A stretch of DNA of 60,775 nucleotides, counting the filler, from Trichosphaerium sp. ATCC 40318 (taxonomy: Eukaryota > Protista > Tubulinea): assembly GCA_038496445.1 (NCBI GenBank). It is 4 parts of 4 records of this genome, joined end to end, with 100 filler letters (N's around TTAATTAATTAA, not from the genome) between each part and the next. Parts side by side here need not be neighbours in the genome. Positions count along the whole stretch, not along the records: positions 1 to 20,584 come from JALMLS010000503.1; positions 20,685 to 43,264 come from JALMLS010000189.1; 2 more parts are not named here. One strand, given 5' to 3'. Both the position numbers and the translations under genes were made by a program. The notes under the pieces were generated by a model. That model was not told where the DNA came from and searched no databases. It saw nothing but the letters and a program-made list of their open reading frames with translations. Of this stretch, positions 11,375-23,800 are shown in pieces; the first letter of the stretch is position 1, and each line of letters begins with the position of its first letter.

Positions 11375-14267
11375 ATGCGATTTACTATCGCTTTTCTTGT
11401 ATTATTCGTTGCCAATTACGCAGCAGGCGATACTGTAGTACAAATACCCGATTTAAACATTGGAGCTACGGACAGTTTCCCAGATGTAGTACATTTCGCT
11501 CACCTAGATGGACAGCTTTATTTTGCAGCAACAACTGCAGGTCCGCTTTTTATGACAGAACTTATGCCTAAACTAACTCCTAGCGAACGGTATTGAGTTA
11601 TTCACGCTCGATGCATCATCCACTAGTAATAATATACAACTTGCGGTACGTATAATTCGTTACGACATGATTCTCAAAAAATTTTAGTCAGACATATACG
11701 CAGGTGCCTCTGATTCATACCCAATGCATTTAGTTGCGTATGACGTACGAGATAGTAAGTCCATAAAATAAATTGACATTCTTTTTTAGGACAAGCTTTA
11801 CTTTTCTGCAGAAACAGCTTCTGGGCGCAGTTTGCATGTATATGATCCTGTCACTACAATGACTACAAAACTACAATTTAATGGCAGCGATATCGTTGAC
11901 CCACAGCACCCTGTGATTCACTTTGATGTCCTCTACTTTACTTCAGAAGGCAGATTAATGTCACTAAGTGATAGTAACTTCAAAATTGAGGAGTTTAGCA
12001 ACTCTAATGGCGAAGGAGAGGAATTAAGCAAGTTGGTCGCTGTAGGTTTTGAATTATATGTATTCAGAGGAAGACATCTGTTTGCTTTCAACTCATTCAT
12101 TGCCTCTGGTATACTAGAATGACAATATTGTTTTTTTCTATATTAATGGAGTTTGTAGGTCCTGTGGCAGTCTTTAGGCTTACCCTGGACGGAAACTTAA
12201 CATCAGAGATGGTTAATTTCAATAATCAATTGTATTTCACCTACGCATCAGCCCTCTTCGGTAATGAAATATTCAGCTACAATCACACAGAGAATCAGAT
12301 AAGCAATGGTACTCCTTTTGTCTGCCTTTTTTAACCTGTTGTTTCTAACTTTATTCCAGTACTTATCCGCGGAAGTGGAGATTCCTACATTGAATTTATG
12401 ACACCTTATGATAATCTTTTATGTTATGCCGCTGATTTTGTTCCTGCTTCCTTTGGACGGGAGCTTGCGTGCTATGACCCTGCTATGGTAAGTGGAAAAA
12501 AACATCATCTATTTTATTCTCTTTTTTAATGATTCAAAAAGCCAGCTCAAGACTATCAAGCTACAGAAATCAATCAATTAAGGTCTAGTTTTCCAAGATT
12601 CGTTACAGAATTCTTCGGCCTGCTATACTTTCAAGCTCAGAATGATGGTGAAAATAAAGAATTGTATAGCAATAATGGCACAATAGCATCTAGTACTGTT
12701 GAAGAGCTAAACTCTGGAGGCTCTTCTTTCCCAGCAAACTTCTTCAGTACGTTAAGAAACTTAGGAATTGCACGGAACCTACTAATAACTGGCTTGTTGT
12801 AGAGTGGGAAGCTAACCGCCAGTTGTACTTTACAGCAACGACCGATTCAAATGGACTAGAACTATTTGTTCTTATGCCAGAACCTGGTGCTACAGTTTCT
12901 CCTACACAAAGCATGCAAACTACGTTAGTGCCAACGGCAGCGCCAACAACGGATGCACCAACTCCACAACCTACCCCGCCACCAACCCCTCCACCGACAC
13001 CGGCGCCAACAACGGTTCCTCCAACAATGGCACCTACTACTGTGGCTCCAACACCAGAGCCAACGACAGCACCGCCTACCACTCGTCCGCCAACAACACT
13101 TTCACCAACACCAGTGCACGTAGATTAAGGCAGGCAATAGATGGCTAATCTTCCCTTAGTTTTCAACTTACTGTACGATGTTCTACTCAAGACTGTACAC
13201 GCACATCTTCTACTATCATACCAGTTGTATCAAGTATGTTCCTACCGTTATCAAAAAGCTAGTACTCACGCGTTTACCTAGTTATTACTGGTGCAAGTGA
13301 AGGTGATATATCTATTAGTAGCTCCACTTGTAGTAAGCGCCAAACAGGATTTGTAGATATTAGTCTACGCTCTTCATCAAGTGTTTCATCAAGTGTTTTT
13401 GTTGGTGCCATTATGGGAGCGAACGAAGCAGGTAACTACAACTCAAAGTTATGAACTCTTTTGTTTACAACACATTTCTAGACAACCAACAACTACGCTC
13501 TGCTGGTGTATCTGATATAGCCAGTGTGACACTAGTAAATGATTTCACACCTCAGAATGGAACTGTTCTTTCAACCACATACAGCTTCCCAGGCAAGCAA
13601 ATCAAGCCAATTGCGAGTTGACATAACCATTCTTGATATCTCCTAAATTCGATTTTTTTAGGGGACTTGATTTTTGATGTTGCTGGATCATTTTTTTCTG
13701 TTGAAAGTGGTCCACTTCGAGTGTCTGGTTGCGTAGTAAGTAATTTTGTTGACTGTTAAATTGTTATTTACTTCTATTCCACGTGATTTTCTAGTGCCAC
13801 ACTTTCTCTATTCAAATCAACTTATTCTTTAATTTAAGGAAATAAACCAAAGGACTACTTTTCAGCTTGATTTAATAGATGATAATACTGCAAATGGTGC
13901 AGTTGAAATAATGTTATTTGAAAACTCATGCGATGTACTAACATCTAACATTGTTGTAACAAAGCCGAATATGTTAAGTTGTGAAGTATTAACTGTATTA
14001 CCAAGATTTGGAGAATTTAGCGTTGTATATGCTAACTCTTGTGTCGACGAGACACCAACACCTTCATCAGGATTTGGTACAAACTCTTTTTTCATGACAC
14101 TAATACTTTGGTATTTTTCATCTGACTTTTTTTTAGCTTGGTGGATTTACGCTGTTATTGCAGTTGCTGTTATTACAGTAATTGTCGTTGTTATATTTAT
14201 TCTTTACCTTGGTTGCAGAAAAAAGCAAGAACCAGGTGGAGCCATTACTGGTGTCGAAATGTCATAA
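11375..14267 (+). CDS. Type I membrane surface protein: signal peptide, ELWxxDGT-like beta-propeller repeats, Pro/Thr mucin-like stalk, TM helix, short tail
   Basis: Signal peptide MRFTIAFLVLFVANYAAG. Repeats of the form D(I/L)..G...S.P.......LYF.A.....G.EL. A PTxAPT-rich stalk lies at about 12880-13115, and the TM helix is WWIYAVIAVAVITVIVVVIFILYL followed by GCRKK. Confidence 0.8.
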
Positions 14268-14590
14268 AAAACCCAAGCGATATTTCAATCTATTATGGAC
14301 GAAATCTCCTGAATAAAAAAAAACCAAAGCCAGACAGCTATTCGTGTCCGTTAACCTTCTGCGACTCTAACCTAGACTTCCGAAAGTAATTGCAGCTGTC
14401 ACGTGCCAATACAAGATAGTTTGTATTTGTGCTACTACAGCCTGCTTGAGAAAGAAGAGGGACGAGCGTTACGGTTGACTATATTCTAAAGAGTTAAAAT
14501 TAACTTCAAACCCGAAATGGGCGTTAAGTCAACAACACATTTAATTCTATTTGTTCGTTACATTGAAATACTCTGCATACTAGTGTAACC

Positions 14591-16626
14591 ATGGCAAGGC
14601 CACGACTGCCGCGATTACTGTCGGTAAGTTTGATACATTTGGCCTTTGCAATAGCGTATACGACGTTGTAGCCGTACTTTCAACGCTTTTGTAGATAAGT
14701 CAAGAGCTTAGCACCGAAGATTGGGATATAACTGAACAAATTGACAAAGAGGATGCGCTTGAAGCAAAAACAGACTCTCCACCTTCAAGAGCTAAATTAA
14801 AATTGATTTCATTTGTTCGCAAGCTTATTTGGGCCAGGTTCGGCAAATATCAACTACGCGCTTAAAAACTCGTTAAATAGGCGCTTTATAAAACGATTAC
14901 AGTACAAGGGCTACATTAGGTGAGTGTACAAAAAGCTAACACGTTTTGTCTGACTCTGTAAGGCGTATATCGCATGCTTTTAGCTATTGCATTGGTTTAG
15001 GACTCGTTTGGCCAGTTATTCATTTGTCAGATTCGATAATGCTTTTAAGCGCCAGTGAGTTCTCTTACACCGCTACGTAACTAAGACAGTCTCTAATATT
15101 AAATAGTACGGCATCCTGTCGCATATCCGTACAAAGGAGTCGTTAAAACAATACAAAATCTATGGGGCTTCGGTACGCTCAGGTTTGGCTAACAAAGTGA
15201 CAGCGTTAAAAAAAATCTTTGCGTTTAACTGTTTTTGTGTAGGGTTTGGATTTATCTATAAAATACCATTTTGGGTATCCTATTTACAGTGCGTGAAGAG
15301 TAGTCTTATTGCTCAGTAGAAGTTGCTAATCGTTATCAAGACATGTTTGCTCGACACTGTATGATCTATTCATACCTAGATGGTGGGCTCACGTGTGGGC
15401 AAGCGGTATTTTTAGAACGAAAAGAGTTGATTACAACCAAGAACAGAAAAAGAAACCTTCAGCTTTTATGAGTTTGTTGGCTTCCAGTCCAATGGTGATT
15501 GCAGGTACATAACATTAGGACAAAATTCTTAACACGTGCCACACGCGATTTCTCAAATACCTGACACGTGATCAAGGTGTATATTTCGCTGCATGTTTCA
15601 AAGTTGCTGTAGAGCATCCTTTCTCTATTGTACAGTACCATACAATGTGTCCAGGTGAGTGATTCGTTTAAGCCTAGTCTTGTTAGTTAACTGAATGCAT
15701 AGATTTGAATTTGATTGATACAAGTGGCGGGTTCTTGGGCGCTTTGTGTAATCCACTGAGGCTTTTTTCAAGCTTGTATACAGGTAAGATTGTATCTTAA
15801 TACAGCATGTATTGTTATTTTTATTAATTAGTTCAAAAGGATTCAGTATTAGGCTTGCAGGAGAAGTTTGTTTGATTACAATTGGCTACGTGCAAAAACT
15901 ACTTTTTGAAGGTATATGCATACCCTTTTGTGTTGTATTCTTTGATGGTTGTTTTGACTGACATATCTTCTTAGATGTGCCTCTTATTCACTTTACTTCG
16001 GTACTCATTTTTATTGAGAAAAAGAGCATCTTTAGGATACTCGTATACTTACACAAAAGTTAGATGATTTGTGTTACATTTCCTTTTATTCACTCAATGT
16101 ATAATTTAATGGGTCATTATTATATATCATCACACAGGAGTTCAGGTACTATTCTTCTTGGTTTTAGGTAAATCAACTACCAATTAACCCTTAACTAGGC
16201 CTTGGGGTAATGCAAGTTCCTTTACTATTGCAAGAATCCATACGACAAGTACAATCTTCACTTTTTTTCGAGAAGACTGAAAATAACTTTTTTTGTAGGA
16301 TGGTCCTTTTGGTCTATTGAGGACATGGGGGTACCTTTCTTTTTTTCGATCTCTTACTTAATTTTTCCCTAACGTTTTCTGTATAGTATTAGTACTCTCA
16401 ATATATTTATACCCTGCTTTTGGTGCGTTAAAAAAATATGACATTGCAATTCTTATTTTATTTTTTAAATAGCGCTGAGTTTATCCACTACTTCGTTAAA
16501 GCAAAGTTGATGAAACGCTTTAATGATAAATGGGAATTACTCAATCATCAACGAAGATTAAGAAAGATATTACATTCAAATGTTACAGCTAGTACACCAA
16601 GAGGAACACCAAGTGGTGCTACATAA
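14591..16626 (+). CDS. Multi-pass membrane protein, possibly a divergent mitochondrial-carrier-like (SLC25A46/MTCH-type) protein; multi-exon
   Basis: Spliced exons give WPVIHL...YKGVVKTIQNLWGFGFGFIYK, HPFSIV...LFSSLYTG and YPFVLY, which resemble degenerate carrier repeats. The family assignment is tentative. Confidence 0.4.
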
Positions 16627-17109
16627 CTTTAAAGGAAAAAACCTAAAAAAATAGTAAAACAAAATTTCATGTAAATTACAATGTACAAAGATACTACAAA
16701 CCGTTGTTACATTTACTGGCTATTAGAAGGAGATCACTTCGTAATAAATAGTTGGCCTTTTGGCAAGAGTGGTTCACATCCAACAAAAAAGATTGAAGGT
16801 TTTTTCACACAACAAAACCAATTGTGAGGCGGTGACATAGTCGAATATTGTACGAGAGTTTATCAACAATTAGTTTCCTACTTAAAAGGTTAGCCTGTGT
16901 CCTTGTTGACAGGATCTTTTGCATAAAAATTATTTCATCTGCAATCGTATCTCAATATAATCCTATTGTAGCCGTTACACGCTCACATCTAGCCGTGCTA
17001 TGATCAAACTGTTACACAGCTTTGATCTTAAATCAGTTGCTCGTCGCTTCGTGCACGTGCAGCAGGTTAAGCAATTCTGTTTTGCAGTATAAGTCAATAA
17101 ACTAATTGA

Positions 17110-19076
17110 ATGGCCGATGATGGTGCATTTTCGCCTTTGCTTGAAGAAAACAAGTCGGAAATATCCAAATTGAAGCGAGGAGATAATGAAGTTGACGAAA
17201 CAATATGTGGCGTTTCGTATGAAGTTTATAACCTTACAGCAATGAGTTTTGGCTTCTTTTTGCTGTTTACAGCATACAATACGATGCAAAATTACGTTAC
17301 ATCGTTATTACCAAGTAAGCCTTCTTAAACTACTCTTAAACGCCTTCTATAAGCGTCTAGTACTTAGAGATATGTTTAAAAAGATGATTTACGAAAGTTA
17401 CACAAAATACAAAACACAAGGAAAAAATAATTTTCGAGAAAGTTTTTTTTTGGTGACCCTCTTTTAGAGCATCTCGGTAACGAATCATTGACACTTGTAT
17501 ATATTTTTTGTGCTTTCGTTACACTGGTTGCACCAGTAATCATAAGCTTTTTAACAGAAAGGTACGTAACTCAAACAAAAGCGACTATGAAAAAAAAATC
17601 ACGTGGTTGCAAAAAAATCAGCTTTTTTTGTTGGACAAGAAGTTAAAAGTTCCTGATTTCTTAAAGGTGGTCAATGGTCATTGGTGCTGCATGTTATGTA
17701 GTATATTTAGTAAGCCTTATTAAAATACTACCCGCAGTAGTATGTATTGCTGCATCACTTTGTGGTTCAGGTGCAGCCATTCTATGGGTTGCTCAAGGTA
17801 GGTGAAATATCAAGTCTTACTTTCAACTCATTGTTATTTGAGGTGCTTTCCTCACAGAAATTTCGACTGAGGGAAAAAGAGGACGTAACTCTGGTATATT
17901 CTGGGGCATATTTCAGATGTGTGCTATAGTAGGAAACCTAGCTGCTTATTTTTTATTTAAACGAGTATCGTCTTATATAATGTACACTGTATTTGCTGTC
18001 ATTGGTGTTTCTGGTACTGCACTCCTGGTGTTACAGAAACCACCTCCTTCTGTACAACTGGAAAAGAACAACAAGGAAAGGTACGCAACTCACTACTATC
18101 AGGAGGGTTTTTTACTGTTTCTTACACTTTCTTTTTGTCCTCAGGCCGTCTCTTTCTATGATAATGAGAAACGCTTTTAGCGTTATTGGTAACTGGGAAA
18201 TGATTTTATTATTACCTATGTTCATGTGGACAGGTACGACAGTTCAGACTACACAAAATAACATACTTACAAATGCATATACTACAGGTTTCGAAATTTC
18301 ATTTTGGACTGGTGCTTTTCCTCTACTTCTTGACCAAAGCGCTATTGGCCTTGTGCTTACGTTTGTGGGTATTGCTGAAGTTTTGGGTGGTTTAATTTTA
18401 GGTCCTTTATCAGATGCTATTGGACGCAGTTGTGTAGTAATTGCAGGGTACAAAAAATTTTAACATATTGGTAACAATGATCTAGGAGTTTGGCTTATGG
18501 CGGTGCCTTGTTTTTTACAGTTTGTGTGAGAGACTCATGGTGGACTTTTACTAAATTCGAAGATGTGCCTTGGACTGCTTTTGTTGCAGCGTTTCTTTTT
18601 GGAGCAGGTGATGCTATATTTAATACACAGGCACGAGAACATACATTTAAAAAACCAGAATAACTTGAGAAACATAAAACCTCTTTCGTACTCAACCACC
18701 TGAAATACATTTGCCTTAATTACTGATTCTATCATATAATATTACATTAGACTTATGCACTTCTTGGTGATGCTTTTGCCGTTGAGAGCGTTGGCGGTTT
18801 TACTATTTTCTTTTTCCTTCAGGTATTAAGTATTGCTTCTCTGTTTGATTGAGTCATGACTTACTGGCTTTGTAGAATTTGGCTGCTGCTATTGGATTTT
18901 ATTACGCTCCCCATGTCCCGTTACATATCGTTAAGGGAACTAGTTATACTCAAATATGGGCACAAATGGCATTGTTAAGTTTAAGTTGCATTTGTTTTGT
19001 TGTTTCCGATCAGATAATTGCTTCAAAAAAGAAGACTAGTAGAAATATGCTATCTATCAATTATATAGAAGACTAG
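17110..19076 (+). CDS. UNC-93-like (UNC93A/MFSD11-type) major facilitator protein; multi-exon
   Basis: Motifs SFGFFLLFTAYNTMQNY, GAAILWVAQG, RNSGIFWGIFQ, LLLPMFMWTGFEISFWTGAF, VGIAEVLGG and FGAGDAIFNTQ. Confidence 0.88.
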
Positions 19077-19494
19077 AAGTAACTGTAGATACAGAAAGTA
19101 ATTAAAAAGCACAAAAAGATAACCAATACAAAAAGACAAATTAAAAATCCAAAAATTATCAAATAATTCACACTTGACCAGTGTCACTAATATTATTCGA
19201 CAACTCTATCTGAACTAATTTCTAGCTTGTAAACTAGATGGCAAATTGTCTTTGAAAACAAGTGTCAAAGCTACACTCGATAGAGATGTTAATGAAGCGG
19301 TTCAGCTTGTAACGACTTTTTGGTGTGCAAACCGATTTAAAAATAACTTACAACGACCTTTTATTTGATGTCTACAATACTGATTTCGCAACCATGCTTA
19401 ATTAATTTGTTTTGTTTTTCTGATTCTCTTTTGAGGTAGACATGCTGCACTTACTTTTGTACAAAATAAAAAAAGTTTTTTTCATCTCAGGACT

Positions 19495-20584
19495 CTACTG
19501 GTAGCGTTCCATTATTTCCTTCAACGAGGCTGTGCTTGATGATTTTGCTCTATCATACGCTGTTTTTCCATGACGTCCTAAAAACAACAGTTAGTCCCAT
19601 ATGCAAAGAGAAGGTTTTTAAGGCTGTAAAACAAAAAGGTTTTCTTCCGAATCCATGTGATTTACCTTTGAGATCTTGACGTGCTCCTTTAGCGCAAAGA
19701 AGCTCTACAACTTTTTCTTGGGTACTATCTACTGCGACAAACAATGGAGTTGCTCCAAGACCATCTTGCTTGTTTATATCGGCACCCTGTAAACAAAGTC
19801 AGATCGAGAGGACCAAGATGAATATATTTGAAACAAAGGTGTACCTGACTGAGTAGAAATTCTATTATGTCTGGTTTACCATGTTGGGCAGCCAGATGTA
19901 GACAAGTTCTTTGGAATTGATTTGTAGATTTAAGTACGTCATTAACATTACCACCATCTAAAGAAAAATCAGCATCAATATTAATCGGCATTAATTTCAA
20001 CAAACAGCTTGAATAGCAAATACACGTGATTTTCGTGCGCTGAAAAATCATTGAAAATTAAAAAGAGGATAACAGCTCAAGGTAAACAAAAGTATACCTA
20101 AATCAATCCACTCCTAGTAAAGTACTGTTAGTAACTTTGAAACAAAGATAAATTTATTTTAAGGGCAAATCATGTACCTTGACACTAGAAAGATCTCCTC
20201 GTCGGATTGCCCATACTACGCTCTCTTCTTCTGTTCTAACAGTTGAAATAGGCTTCTTTACATTATGTGTAATCTTCTTTATACTGTTCCTGCGTCGTCT
20301 CTTACCAGTAGATCGTAAAAATTTTGCTTGAAATTTATTTGTTCCATTAGGAGCTTGTGACACCTTCTACAAAGAAATTGTAAGTTAGTTAATCACGTTT
20401 TGATTTTAATGCCTTTCTTCGTCTTTTAGGACGAGCTGCTTTTGGTTTAGGAGGTGGAGAACTCTTTGGACGAGAAAATGGTCGTGTTTCTGCTGTATGT
20501 GACACGATAGGATTCTCATCTGTTGGATCAGGCTTGGTAAAAAAGTAAGAAATTGAAAAGTGATGTAAGTGACATACTGGTGCC
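19495..20584 (-). CDS. Ankyrin-repeat protein, 5' part lost in the gap
   Basis: Ankyrin motifs RTCLHLAAQHGKPDIIEFLL, GATPLFVAV....VVELLCAKGA and GKTAYD. Confidence 0.8.
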
Positions 20585-20684
20585 NNNNNNNNNNNNNNNN
20601 NNNNNNNNNNNNNNNNNNNNNNNNNNNNTTAATTAATTAANNNNNNNNNNNNNNNNNNNNNNNNNNNNNNNNNNNNNNNNNNNN
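20585..20684. other. Assembly gap with TTAATTAATTAA all-frame-stop linker
   Basis: 100-nt N run with a central TTAATTAATTAA, identical in design to the other two gaps. Confidence 0.98.
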
Positions 20685-20841
20685 AAAGGGGGACGATTTG
20701 TGATCTTGTTGCAACTCCTCTGTCTTCTTCGTCGAGACCAAGAACTTCCTGTACAGCAACGAACAGCCAATAATAAAAATCAAAAACCAACAGTTATTCT
20801 TAATAAACACCAACAGTAGTACGACTCCAAAAGGAGAACAA

Positions 20842-23800
20842 CTAAAACTCGATAAGGCAAAGGTTAACCTCGCTAGCTAAACGGGTAGGAAACTGCTTGA
20901 TCAGAGCAGTCAACCATTCACGTAACGAGTCAGCACTTGGACAAGCTTTCATCTCCGTGAGTAAACGCTGTTGAAGTGTATTACTACGAATGTAGAGGGA
21001 ACCTCTACCGATGAGCCACTTGAGTTGTTTGTCAAGCGTTTTTCTGTCAAATTTAGAAGAGGAAGACAGTAAATCCCTCAATAGATCTCTAAGGATCTCG
21101 ACTCGAGGAGCACGTCTATGTTTACGTGAGTTATGTACTTTTTGAATATGTCTAGCTCCCTGCGCCTTGATGCTTTTAAGCTTGGTAGAGAACTCATCTA
21201 CTGGCGGTAAATCCGGGAGTGCTTTTTCATTTTCAACATAATTGTCGCTCTTATCCCCATCAGAAATAGGAGGAGTGACCACACTACGTTTCAAATAAGC
21301 ATCTCTAGCCATAGTACGACTAACTTGACCAAGTGGTCTTAGGTAAGAATCAATAAACGGCTTGAGTCGGTCAACATTAACCACACGTGACATTTGACTG
21401 TCAGCTGGTAAATCTAACATGAAATTGTTAGGACCTGTTTGTTGCAAAATACTATAAGGGCCGTGCCACTTCATAGTAAGTTTGCTTTTTTGATCTTTTT
21501 TGAGGGCTGGAACCCATAACCAGACAAGTTGACCTGGTTTATATTGAACTGCGCGACGATGCTTGTTATAGTATCTCGCTTGCTCACGTTTCGCCTTGAG
21601 TATATTTGCTTTAGCCAATTGGTAAGCGTATTTCAAGCGATGAGCTAACCTATCTGCCCAATCACCGATCTTGTATTTATCAGGCATTGAAACTCTGATA
21701 TCATCTGAGACCAAGTCGATGGGGAGTATAGGCTTTCTACCGAACACCAACTGATAGGGTGTATGCTGAGTCGCATGGTGGTAAGCGGTCCTATATGCAA
21801 AGAGCGCATAAGGTAACCAATAGTCCCAATCACTTTGTTGCTCATTAACAAACGCTCTGATAACCTCAATCAAAGTGTGATTGAATCGTTCAGTTTGACC
21901 ATCAGTCTGAGGATGGTAGGCGGTAGTTTGCCTTTTGTCAATGTGCAGTGTGTTGTAGACTTTGTTTGAGAACTCGGAGACAAACTCACCCCCTTGATCA
22001 GTCAATACCTGTTTAGGAATACCGTAACGAAAGCAGAATTCAGTTACAAATTTGTAAGAGACCTCAGAGGGATCTTTACTTGTAATTGCAAATGCCTCAA
22101 CCCACTTTGTAAAGTGATCTGTGAGCACCAGAAGGTATTTATTCCCTTTCGGTGTTTCAGGTAACGGCCCTACCAAATCCATTGCGATTACCTGGAGTGG
22201 CTCAAGTACGGCGAACGGTACAGCAAAACCTCCTTTTGGTAAACGTGCTTTTTTATTTCGCTGACAGGTGTAACACGAGCGGCACCATTCGCGAGTATCA
22301 GCGTACATATGAGGCCAATAAAACCTTTCAGCTAATCGCTCATAGGTTTTAATAAAGCCAAAATGCCCTGAGAAAGGCATGTCATGACACTGTTTAAGCA
22401 CAACACTTCGCATGGCATGGGGTACTACTATTTGAAAGATCAGGTTACTACCATTTGGATCTGCTGCATCAACAACTTTCTTAACATGGTATAACATGCC
22501 AGTGTTAGCGTCAATGGTGAGCTGTCTCGCATTGGTAATAAAAGTTTCTTCTTTGAAACCATGTCTACGCCTGAGATGCGTAGGGATCCGTCCTCCTTCC
22601 AGATACTCAATGAATACTGTGAGGTTAGGATCTTGCCTTTGCAGGTGAGCCCAGTTATATACTGGTTTGTGTTTAGTAACCAAATTGCAAATTTTGGCAA
22701 TTGGTTTTCTAGACAAAGCATCGGCGTCGGTGTGATTGACACCTTTCTTGTATACAACGTTAAAGTCGTACTGTTGTACTTCCATTAACCAACGTGCTAC
22801 TACATCTTTAGGATTCTTGAGAGAATTTAAATATTTGAGAGGTTTGTGATCGGAATAGACAATGAGTTTAAATTGAGAAAAAGAGATATAACCCTTGAAC
22901 TCTCTCAGCGCCATCACAATACCCAAACATTCTCTGTCAATTGTAGAATAGCGTCGTTGGGTGTCAGAGAAGGTATAGCTATGATAGGCTATGACGTGCT
23001 GCTTCCCTTTCACTCGTTGCACAAGAGCACTGCCACAAGCGCGACCAGAAGCATCAACATGGATCTCAAATGGTAAGTTGAAGTCTGGATGTTGCAGTAT
23101 AGGGGGCGTGATGAGAGCCCGTTGAAGTAATTCGAACGCTTCTTGACATTCTTTAGACCAGCACCAGACCTTGTCCTTCTTTTTCAGGTCATTCAACGGA
23201 GCTGCTATTCTAGCGTAGTTCGCGACAAATCTACGATAGTAGCCCGTGATCCCAAGGAATGTCTCCACCTCTTTGACATTCTCAGGAGGTCTGGTTTCCA
23301 CTATAGCTTTAATAATGCGTGGATTTGTAGCAACACCCTCAGCGGTGACTACGTGGCCGAGAAATTCAATGCTTTCTCTGAAGAGTACAGATTTACTGGG
23401 TTTGATTTTAATGTTGTAAGCACGCAACCTCTCTAAAACAAGTCTCAAGTGAACTAAATGTTCCTCAAAGCTTCGGCTAAAGATAATGATGTCGTCTACA
23501 TAGCACAAGCACGTCTGCCAGAGTAGACCTGAGAGCATCAAATTCATATGCCGCTGAAAGGTTGCTTGCGCATTTTTTAAACCAAATGGCATACCCATAA
23601 ATTCAAACAGTCCCCAACGAGTTGCAAAAGCAGTCTTTTCACGATGTTCTGGAGCCATAGGTATTTGCCAATAACCACTAACAGCGTCAAAAGAGCTGAA
23701 GTATTTAGCCCTACTAAGTGCGTCCAGTAAATCGCGAACACGTGGTAGAGGGTGAACATCCTTGTCAGTTACTTTGTTCAACTCACGGAAGTCAATACAG

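Noticed and set aside
20585-20684. Palindromic TTAATTAATTAA within N runs (also at 43265 and 54843)
   Set aside because: An artificial scaffolding linker with stops in all frames. Linkage across these gaps is therefore unproven.
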